Part shown: positions 57,089 through 64,000 of the stretch, in pieces
How the letters are laid out: the number at the start of each line of letters is the position of its first letter
How positions within the stretch are numbered: the first letter of the stretch is position 1
NCBI GenBank assembly: GCA_965220125.1
Contig: CBDCPB010000004.1
Coordinates: forward strand, 1,670,227-1,734,226
Direction of reading: 5' to 3'
Length of the DNA stretch: 64,000 bases
Source: Dehalococcoidia bacterium
GTDB taxonomy: Bacteria > Chloroflexota > Dehalococcoidia > UBA2979
Translations under genes and position numbers: made by a program
The notes under the pieces: model-generated
Told to the model about the DNA's origin: nothing
The model's database searches: none
The model's input: the letters and a program-made list of their open reading frames with translations, nothing else

Positions 57089-57772
57089 TCAGGCGCTCGC
57101 GCCCGCGCGCTGCGGGTTGTCCGGACCGCCGTCCAGGCGGTCGCCCGTCTGCACGGTGATGTTGCCCGCTGCGTCGACATCCACCTTCATCGTGGTCATG
57201 GAGCGCGGGGCCGGTCCGAAGACGCGGATGCCGGACTTGGTGTACGTGGAGCCGTGGCAGGGGCAGCGGTACCAGCCCTGGTCGTTGTCCCAGGTGAAGC
57301 CCGAGCGCCACGGCACGGTGCAGCCGAGGTGCGGGCACTTGTGCCAGAGCGCGAGCAGCCCGTCGCCGCCGCCGCTGCCGCCCGCTCGCGTCTCGCTCCG
57401 GTCGAGGTTCACCAGCCAGAACTGACCGGTGATGAAGTGGACCGGGTCGCCGCCCTTCCGGAATTCCGAGATGTTGCCCGCGGGCACGGGACCGCCGAAG
57501 CCCTTGATCCCGCGCGGGTACATGAAGTCGAGCAGCGAGCCGACGGTGCCGAGCAGCGCCAGCCCGAGCCCGCCCCAGAAGGAGGCGCGGATGAAGTTGC
57601 GGCGCGAGGCGATGGGGCCGGTGGGCCGGCGCGCCTGTGCGGCCGGAACCGGCGCATCCTCGGGAGCGCGGGTACGACGCGCGGCGATCGCCTCGCGCCA
57701 GGCGTCCGTCACCTGTCCGGGGTCGGGAGCGTCCTGCACCGCAGCGCCTCCGCGTTCGCCCTCGTTCGTCAC
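57089..57772 (-). CDS. Rieske [2Fe-2S] subunit of the cytochrome bc/b6f-type complex
   Basis: Tat-like N-terminus (RRNFIRAS), CPHLGC...CPCHGS boxes. Confidence 0.85.
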   Translation of the reverse strand: MTNEGERGGAAVQDAPDPGQVTDAWREAIAARRTRAPEDAPVPAAQARRPTGPIASRRNFIRASFWGGLGLALLGTVGSLLDFMYPRGIKGFGGPVPAGNISEFRKGGDPVHFITGQFWLVNLDRSETRAGGSGGGDGLLALWHKCPHLGCTVPWRSGFTWDNDQGWYRCPCHGSTYTKSGIRVFGPAPRSMTTMKVDVDAAGNITVQTGDRLDGGPDNPQRAGASA

Positions 57773-57794
57773 TGTGCGGCCTCTCGTCCGACGA

Positions 57795-58730
57795 TCATGA
57801 CTCGGCAGGCTTGACTTCCCACGGCCAGAGCAACTCGAGGCCCTCGCCGCGGAAGTACGTACCGGCGATCGTGAGCGTCAGGTAGGCGCCCAGCCAGCCG
57901 GAGAACAACAGGATCATGAAGTCGCGTCGTGTGCTCGCGAGGCCGAGGCGCCAGGCAACGAGGCAGAGCAGCGCCGGCAGGCCGAGCATCAGGTTGATCG
58001 GGATCGCCTGCTCCACGATCCAGGCCGGGAAGTTCCACTGGATGCTGCCGCGCGGCAGGCCCAGCAGGTCCGTGCGCACGAACGTCTCGCCGAGCGGAAT
58101 CCTCTCGAGCTCGCTCGGCCAGTTGATCTCGGTCTGCAGCGCGCGAACGCTGGTCAGCCAGCCAAGGCTCTCCGGCCACTCGCGCACGCGCGCGTCCACG
58201 ATCAGCGGCGGGAACTTGTCGAAGCTGTCGGCATCGAACGTGAAGCGCTCGAAGGCGACGATGTGCTTGCCGGAGTTGTAGAGAATGAGCGTCCAGGTGC
58301 CGATCGTGCCGACGATCGCGCCGACGATCAGGTTCGGCCAGGCGCGCGGCGTGCTCAGCCACTCCCCCTGGCCCTCGTGGGAGGTGTCGAAGAAGGGCAC
58401 GGCGCCGAGGATGATCAGGAAGACCGTGGGCACGATCACGCCGGCCAGCGCCGGGTGCATGTGCAGCAGCAGCTCCTGAAGGTTGAGGAAGTACCACGGC
58501 GCCTTCGAGGGGTTGGGCGTGTTCGCCGGGTTCGCGCGGTCCTGCAGCGGCGCGTTGATCAGGATCGCCAGCGCGACGAACGTCAGCGTGAAGACCAGCG
58601 CCGAGATGAACTCGACGAAGACCAGGTCCGGCCAGACCAGCAGCTCTTCCTCGCGCTGGCGGCGCGGGCGTGCAGTGGGTACGGCGCCGCGCGACCTCGA
58701 GGGACCGCGAGCAGGAGCCTCAGCGACCAT
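57795..58730 (-). CDS. Cytochrome b C-terminal portion (subunit IV/PetD-like) with a long C-terminal extension
   Basis: PWYFLNLQELL motif (PEWY-like); TM helices; follows the b6-like gene. The true start is uncertain. Confidence 0.65.
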   Translation of the reverse strand: MVAEAPARGPSRSRGAVPTARPRRQREEELLVWPDLVFVEFISALVFTLTFVALAILINAPLQDRANPANTPNPSKAPWYFLNLQELLLHMHPALAGVIVPTVFLIILGAVPFFDTSHEGQGEWLSTPRAWPNLIVGAIVGTIGTWTLILYNSGKHIVAFERFTFDADSFDKFPPLIVDARVREWPESLGWLTSVRALQTEINWPSELERIPLGETFVRTDLLGLPRGSIQWNFPAWIVEQAIPINLMLGLPALLCLVAWRLGLASTRRDFMILLFSGWLGAYLTLTIAGTYFRGEGLELLWPWEVKPAES

Positions 58731-58769
58731 CGGCGTTCCTTCGCCTCTCCGCGCGCCTGCGCCCGGCGC

Positions 58770-59525
58770 CTACAGCGGCCGGGCGAGCCCGCCGTCACGG
58801 CGGATTCGCCAGAAGTGGACGGCCATGAAGACCGCCGCCAACAGCGGCAGTGCGACCACGTGGAGGGTGTAGAAGCGGATCAGCGCGTTCTGCCCAACCT
58901 CGAAGCCGCCGATCATCACGAACTGGTTGACCTCGCCCAGGATCGGGTCCGAGCCGATCATGTTCGTGCCGACCGTGATCGCCCAGAAGGCCAGCTCATC
59001 CCACGGCAGCAGGTAGCCGGTGAAGGAGAGCAGCAGCGTGAGCACCAGCAACACCACGCCGACGATCCAGTTGAACTCGCGCGGCGGCTTGTACGCGCCG
59101 GTGTAGAAGACGCGCATCATGTGCATCAGCACGGTGATCACCATGCCGTGCGCCATCCAGCGGTGCGTGTTGCGCATCATCATTCCGAAGCGCACGTCCG
59201 TCTGCAGCGCCTGCATGTCCTGGTACGCCCGCTCCACCGAGGGCACGTAATAGAACATCAGCAGCACGCCGGTGATCGTCAGCCCCAGGAAGAGGAAGAA
59301 GGAGAGCCCGCCCAGGCAGTAGGTGTGCGTGATCTTGACGTGGGTGCGGTGGATGCGCGTCGGGTGCAGGTGCAGGAAGACGTTCGTCGCGACGGCGAGC
59401 ATCTGGTTGCGCGGCGTGTTCGGGTAGCCCGTGCGGATGATCGAACGCCAGACGCGGTTGTTGACGGTGAAGTCGTACAGCCGGTCAGCAAGCGGTCGGC
59501 CCTGCGGGCGCTCGGTCGTCGCCAT
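58770..59525 (-). CDS. Cytochrome b6-like (N-terminal haem-binding half of a split cytochrome b)
   Basis: His ligands in helices B and D, plus the [21 protein letters not shown] and [11 protein letters not shown] motifs. Confidence 0.85.
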   Translation of the reverse strand: MATTERPQGRPLADRLYDFTVNNRVWRSIIRTGYPNTPRNQMLAVATNVFLHLHPTRIHRTHVKITHTYCLGGLSFFLFLGLTITGVLLMFYYVPSVERAYQDMQALQTDVRFGMMMRNTHRWMAHGMVITVLMHMMRVFYTGAYKPPREFNWIVGVVLLVLTLLLSFTGYLLPWDELAFWAITVGTNMIGSDPILGEVNQFVMIGGFEVGQNALIRFYTLHVVALPLLAAVFMAVHFWRIRRDGGLARPL

Positions 59526-59573
59526 CCGCTCCCCCCGATCAGCTCACGCGCGAGCCGATGGTTGTCGCCGTCT

Positions 59574-59681
59574 CTAGGCTTCCCACCACTTGCCGAGCAG
59601 CACGAGCGTAGCGAAGGCCCCCATCATCAACAGGAAGATGATGGTGAGTTCGAGCGCCTCTCCGACTTCGCCGAAGATCAT
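59574..59681 (-). CDS. Candidate 35-aa single-TM small protein upstream of cytochrome b6
   Basis: Hand-translated: MIFGEVGEALELTIIFLLMMGAFATLVLLGKWWEA*. Has a weak SD and is below the ORF-track size cut-off. Confidence 0.3.
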   Translation of the reverse strand: MIFGEVGEALELTIIFLLMMGAFATLVLLGKWWEA

Positions 59682-59847
59682 GGTGAGCCCCACTTTCGCT
59701 GCCCGAGGCAAGCAGCCGCCGCAGCGAGGTCATGCCTCGCTCCCAGGCGCCGCGATCCTAGCGATGACCCTTTCCTACGGTCAAGGATTCGCCGCCTGGA
59801 GACGGCCCGAAGATGCGCCGATTCGTAATAGACGGGCCGTTCGGCGG

Positions 59848-60597
59848 CTAGGCGCCGCCGCCGCGCTGCGGCACCCGCGGCACGCCGCCGATACGCAGCC
59901 GCCACAGCCCCTTGAGGTCCTCGAGCGCCGTGTGGAGGATCGCGACGCGGCTGTCGCGATCCTCGATCCAGCGCACGGGCACCTCGCGCAGGCGGTAGCC
60001 GTTCTCCTGCGCCAGCAGCAGCAACTCGGAGTCGAAGAACCAGCCGGTGTCGCGCACCAGCGGGAGCAGCGCCCGCGCGGGCTCGCGCCCGATCGCCTTG
60101 AACCCGCACTGCGCGTCGCTGACGTTGAGCCGCCCCAGCCGCCGCAGGATCTGGACGTAGATGCGCGAGGTGAGCTCGCGGCGGAACGATCGCTCCGTCT
60201 CCGAGTCGCGGTGCAGGCGCGTGCCGTAGGCGATGTCCACCTGGCCCGCCGCGATCGGGTCGATCAGCTCCGGCAGGTGCTTCATGTCCGTTGAGAGATC
60301 GACGTCCATGTAGGCCAGCACGTCGGCGGGCGAGGTCAGCCAGCTGACGCGCAGCGCGATGCCCCGCCCCTTGACCGGGATGTGCAGCGCGACGAAGCGA
60401 CCGCCTTCGTCGCCGCCGTGCTCCGCCTCGAGCTCCTTCGCTATCGAGTACGTGCGGTCCGTCGAGGCGTTGTCGGCGACGACGATGCGCCAGTCGTGCT
60501 CCGGGTGCTCGCCGATCCATTCGAGGACGCGCGCGACGCTGGTCGCGAGGATCTGCTCCTCGTTGTAGACCGGCAGCACGAGATCGACGTTCGCCAT
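59848..60597 (-). CDS. GT2-family glycosyltransferase (polyprenol-phosphate sugar transferase-like)
   Basis: LVLPVYNEE, VVADNASTDRT and DxD-like motifs; 249 aa. Confidence 0.75.
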   Translation of the reverse strand: MANVDLVLPVYNEEQILATSVARVLEWIGEHPEHDWRIVVADNASTDRTYSIAKELEAEHGGDEGGRFVALHIPVKGRGIALRVSWLTSPADVLAYMDVDLSTDMKHLPELIDPIAAGQVDIAYGTRLHRDSETERSFRRELTSRIYVQILRRLGRLNVSDAQCGFKAIGREPARALLPLVRDTGWFFDSELLLLAQENGYRLREVPVRWIEDRDSRVAILHTALEDLKGLWRLRIGGVPRVPQRGGGA

Positions 60598-60699
60598 CGT
60601 GCGCCCATCGTATCCGGTTATGACGCGTCCGGGCCAACCGGGAAGCAGGGGCCCTCACCCCAACCCCCTACCCGGGGGAGGGATGCGCGGGAATGAGGA

Positions 60700-60870
60700 C
60701 GCTTCGAGGCCGATCGGGTGTCGCCTGCGGGGGGCTGCGCCCCCCACACCCCCATCCCGGACGAGCACGCTGCGCGGCTCTGGCCCACCCACCCGCCCTC
60801 GGATTTCTTTCCATGGGGGCTGCGCCCCCACGCCCCCACCCGGATCGGCGGCCGGAACACAACGCCGAGG
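60700..60870. repeat. G/C-rich intergenic hairpin repeats (GGGGG-CTGCG-CCCCC-ACnCCCCCA), two copies, plus a further GC palindrome near 60665
   Basis: ggggggctgcgccccccacacccccatccc at about 60728 and gggggctgcgcccccacgcccccacccgg at about 60810. Confidence 0.5.
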
Positions 60871-61014
60871 GCGGACCCTCCGATCCCCTCACCCGCTGGC
60901 GGGCCCGGGACCAGTCTGCCCGATACACCGGGCTGCTGGTCGAACCCCATTAGGGTCAGGGTGAGGGGGATTCCGGGAGCCGGAGCGCGTCCGCGGCATC
61001 CCCGGCTGCGTGGG

Positions 61015-62580
61015 CTAGTGGCGGAAGTGCCTCTCCCCGGTCGCCACCAGCGAGACGCCGAGGCGGTTCGCGGTCTCGATCGAGTCCTCGTCGCGGATCG
61101 AGCCACCGGTGTGAGCGACGACCGTGCAGCCAGCCTCGGCGCACACTTCGACGGTGTCGGGGAAGGGGATGAACGCATCCGTCGCGGCAACCGCACCCCG
61201 CGCGCGCTCGCCCGCCTGCTGCTGGCAGAGGCGGGCGCTGCCGACGCGGTTGGGCTGGCCGGCGCCCATGCCGATCAGCACGCCGTCCTTCACGAACACG
61301 ACGGCGTTCGACTTGACGTGCTTGCACACCACCCAGGCGAGCCGCAAGTCCTCGAGCTCCGCCTCCGAGGGTTCCCGCTCGCTCGTGACGTCGAACCTCA
61401 TTTCCCCGGAGACGTCGGCCGTCTGCAGCAGCATCGCGCCGCGGATGCCGCGAGCTTCGACGCGCTCGCGTCGCGGTTCACCCGGCGGAGCCTCGAGGAT
61501 GCGCAGATCCTTCGACTTTTTCTTGAGGTGCTCCAGGCCGTCCTCCGTGTAGCTCGGCGCGATCACGATGTCATAGCGCATGCGCACACCGGACTCGGGA
61601 TTGCGTACCTGCCGCAGCGCGTCCGCCATCTCGAAGTCGATCGGTCGGTTGACCGCGACGATGCCGCCGTACGCCGAAACACAGTCGCCCTCGGCCAGCG
61701 CACGCTGGTAGAGCGGCGTGAGCGCGTCGCCCTCGGCGCCGGCGGCGAAGCAGGCAGGGTTCGTGTGCTTGATGATCGCCACCGCAGCGCCCTCGATGTC
61801 ACAGACGAGATTGAAGGCGGCGTCGGCGTCGAGGAAGTTGACGTACGACATTCCCTGCCCGTGGTGCTGCTCGAAGCCGCCGACGCCCTCGACGGGCTGG
61901 CGCACTGAGTCGAGGCGATAGAAGGCGCCCTGCTGGTGCGGATTCTCGCCGTAACGCATGACCTCGACGCGTGTCATCGCCAGCGTGAGCTGCTCCGGCA
62001 GCAGGTCGTCCTCGCCGCGCAGGTACTCGGCGATGGCCGCGTCGTAGTGGGAGACGTGCGCGAACGCCTTGGCCGCGAGCGCGCGCCGCTGCCCGGCGTC
62101 GAGCCCGCCCTCGCGCAACGCCTCGAGGATCATCGCGTAGTCCGAGGGGTCGACGACCGGGACTACCCACGGGTGATTCTTGGCGGCCGCACGGATCATC
62201 GTCGGCCCGCCGATGTCGATCTCCTCGAGCGCCTCGGCGAGGCTCACGTCCGTGCCGCTGACGGTCTCGATGAACGGGTAGAGGTTGCCGGCGACGAGAT
62301 CGATCGGCTCGATGCCGTGCTCGGCGAGCTCGGCCGCGTCGTCCTCGCGGTCGCGCCGCGCGAGCAGGCCGCCGTGGACCTTCGGGTGCAGCGTCTTCAC
62401 GCGCCCCTCGAGCATCTCGGGGCTGCCGGTCATCTCGGCGATGCTCTCGACCGGCACGCCCGCCTCGGCGATCACGGACTGCGTGCGGCCGGTTGAGAAC
62501 AGCTCCCAGCCGAGCTCGTGCAGCCCCTTCGCCAGTTCGGCGATGCCCGTCTTGTCGTAGACGCTCAGGATCGCCCGCAT
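61015..62580 (-). CDS. purH: Bifunctional AICAR transformylase/IMP cyclohydrolase
   Basis: Internal ATG at 62580: MRAILSVYDKTGIAELAKGLHELGWELFSTGRT.... The track ORF carries a spurious N-terminal extension of 94 codons. Confidence 0.9.
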   Translation of the reverse strand: MRAILSVYDKTGIAELAKGLHELGWELFSTGRTQSVIAEAGVPVESIAEMTGSPEMLEGRVKTLHPKVHGGLLARRDREDDAAELAEHGIEPIDLVAGNLYPFIETVSGTDVSLAEALEEIDIGGPTMIRAAAKNHPWVVPVVDPSDYAMILEALREGGLDAGQRRALAAKAFAHVSHYDAAIAEYLRGEDDLLPEQLTLAMTRVEVMRYGENPHQQGAFYRLDSVRQPVEGVGGFEQHHGQGMSYVNFLDADAAFNLVCDIEGAAVAIIKHTNPACFAAGAEGDALTPLYQRALAEGDCVSAYGGIVAVNRPIDFEMADALRQVRNPESGVRMRYDIVIAPSYTEDGLEHLKKKSKDLRILEAPPGEPRRERVEARGIRGAMLLQTADVSGEMRFDVTSEREPSEAELEDLRLAWVVCKHVKSNAVVFVKDGVLIGMGAGQPNRVGSARLCQQQAGERARGAVAATDAFIPFPDTVEVCAEAGCTVVAHTGGSIRDEDSIETANRLGVSLVATGERHFRH

Positions 62581-62621
62581 CACGCTTCCCCCTGTCTTCG
62601 CGCTGTCTTCGCGCTGTCTCG

Positions 62622-63695
62622 TCAGTCCGGCAACCCGGCGATCGCCGGTCCGCCCTCGGCGCGGCGTTCGACCGCGCCGATACGCCAGCTGCCCGGCGCC
62701 GCCTCCAGCACGGCTGCCGCGTCCGGGGACGACGCGGCGAGCACGAGGCCTGCTCCCATGTTGAACGTGCGGAACATCTCGCCGTCCTCGATGCCGCCCG
62801 CGCGCTGGATGTGCGCGAACAGCGGCGGCGGCGGCCAGCTCGCGGTGTCGATGCGCGCGCACAGGCCCTCGGGCAGCATCCGCGGCACGTTGCCCGGCAA
62901 CCCGCCGCCGGTGATGTGCGCGATGCCATGGAGGAGCGGCAACAGCGGCCGCACGACCTCGAGGAAGGAGCCGTGCACCGCCAGCAGCGCCTCGCCGAGC
63001 GTCTCGCCGATCTCCTCGACGTGCTCGTCCAGCAGCTCGCGATCGCGCTCCTCGCCAAGGCCCTTGGCCACGCCGAAGATCTCCCGCACCAGCGAGTAGC
63101 CGTTCGTCTGCAAGCCCGTCGAGGGCAGCGCGATCAGCACGTCGCCCTCCTCGATCGCCGAGCCGTCGATGATCGCCTCGCGCTCGGCGACGCCGACGAT
63201 GAAGCCGGCGAGGTCGTAGTCGCCCGGCGAGTAGAGGTCCGGCATGTCCGCGGTCTCGCCGCCGAGCAGCGCGACGCCGTTCTCCTCGCAGGCTGCGCCG
63301 ATGCCGGCGACGAGTTCGAGACGCTGCTGCTGCGGCAGCCCGGACGTCGCGAGGTAGTCGAGGAAGAACAGCGGCTCGGCGCCGGCGGTGAGGATGTCGT
63401 TGACGCAGTGGTTCACGAGGTCGCGGCCGACGCTCTCGTAGCGTCCAAGCGCCGAGGCGATCAGCAGCTTCGTGCCGACGCCGTCGGCGCTGGCGACGAG
63501 CACCGGGTCGCGGTAGCGCCCGGCGCCGAGCTGGAACAGGCCCGCGAAGGCGCCGACGCCGCCGAGCACCTCGGGCCGGCTCGTGCGCGAGGCGATGCTG
63601 CGCAGGCCGGGCAGGCTCGCTTCGGCGGCCGGCACGTCGACGCCCGCGTCGGCGTATCGCAGCGGCGTGGACGATCGTTCAGTCGGGGCGCTCAT
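62622..63695 (-). CDS. purM: Phosphoribosylformylglycinamidine cyclo-ligase (AIR synthase)
   Basis: Internal ATG at 63695; motifs GGVGAFAGLF, DGVGTKL. Confidence 0.88.
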   Translation of the reverse strand: MSAPTERSSTPLRYADAGVDVPAAEASLPGLRSIASRTSRPEVLGGVGAFAGLFQLGAGRYRDPVLVASADGVGTKLLIASALGRYESVGRDLVNHCVNDILTAGAEPLFFLDYLATSGLPQQQRLELVAGIGAACEENGVALLGGETADMPDLYSPGDYDLAGFIVGVAEREAIIDGSAIEEGDVLIALPSTGLQTNGYSLVREIFGVAKGLGEERDRELLDEHVEEIGETLGEALLAVHGSFLEVVRPLLPLLHGIAHITGGGLPGNVPRMLPEGLCARIDTASWPPPPLFAHIQRAGGIEDGEMFRTFNMGAGLVLAASSPDAAAVLEAAPGSWRIGAVERRAEGGPAIAGLPD

Positions 63696-63753
63696 CGCAC
63701 AGGTTCCGGGGGAGGCGTCGGGCCGGGCCGGGTCATGCACCGTCCCTCATGCT

Positions 63754-64000
63754 CAGTGAACGGCTCGCAGCGGGACCGCGTGGCGATCGAAGGAACCCTC
63801 GCCCTCGAGGGCGAACTTGTCCAGTTGCAGCGGCACCTCGCTCGGGTACTCGCCGCTGAAGCAGGCCGCGCAGAGCGCATCCCGCTGCTGACCGGTCGCG
63901 CCGACCGTGCCCTCAAGCGAGAGGTAGCCGAGCGTGTCCGCGCCGATGTGCTCGCGAATCTCCTCGATCTCGAGGTACGCGCCGATCAGCTCGCCGCGCG
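63754..64000 (-). CDS. purF: Amidophosphoribosyltransferase, C-terminal part (gene continues beyond the window end)
   Basis: Hand translation: ...RGELIGAYLEIEEIREHIGADTLGYLSLEGTVGATGQQRDALCAACFSGEYPSEVPLQLDKFALEGEGSFDRHAVPLRAVH*. Confidence 0.75.

Overview
Very high-GC (roughly 70% or more, by eye) bacterial chromosomal window. Nearly all genes run on the minus strand. It holds an almost complete ribosomal-protein superoperon: rplM (partial), truA, rplQ, rpoA, rpsD, rpsK, rpsM, rpmJ, infA, map, adk, secY, rplO through rpsJ, tuf, fusA, rpsG and rpsL. It also holds the rpsF-ssb-rpsR cluster, with rplI-dnaB and a DnaD-like / tandem-DnaC-like loader module upstream of it. Other content: hom-thrC, folE, an MshA-like glycosyltransferase next to an LmbE-type deacetylase, glyA, a PfkB kinase, ComF, a MoaD-MoaE fusion, purF/M/H/L/Q, rpsU-yqeY-7TMR-HD, and a split cytochrome b6/subunit-IV-Rieske-dihaem cytochrome c cluster. 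Accessory or unusual content: (i) four tandem DUF1640-like small coiled-coil/TM genes built by segmental duplication that carried along the 3' end of moaE, with variable 21-bp in-frame repeats; (ii) two lower-GC Panacea (DUF4065) antitoxin-like genes, each overlapping a small uncharacterised downstream ORF, one pair sitting directly upstream of the rpsL promoter; (iii) a small islet with a ParB-like gene, a low-GC hypothetical, an IS1595 transposase remnant and a DUF433/DUF5615 (PIN-like) pair; (iv) low-complexity acidic or basic extensions on many ribosomal proteins (S17 carries a tail of near-perfect 33-nt repeats roughly 200 aa long), plus Cys4-type L24, S14(Z) and L36; (v) a single polypeptide with two DnaC/IstB-like AAA+ modules; (vi) two tandem desulforedoxin-like small ORFs. 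Long plus-strand ORFs in the track are mostly antisense artefacts of the GC content. Coordinates are from the ORF track, adjusted to internal start codons where homology indicated a shorter gene. No searches were run, so family assignments rest on motif recall.
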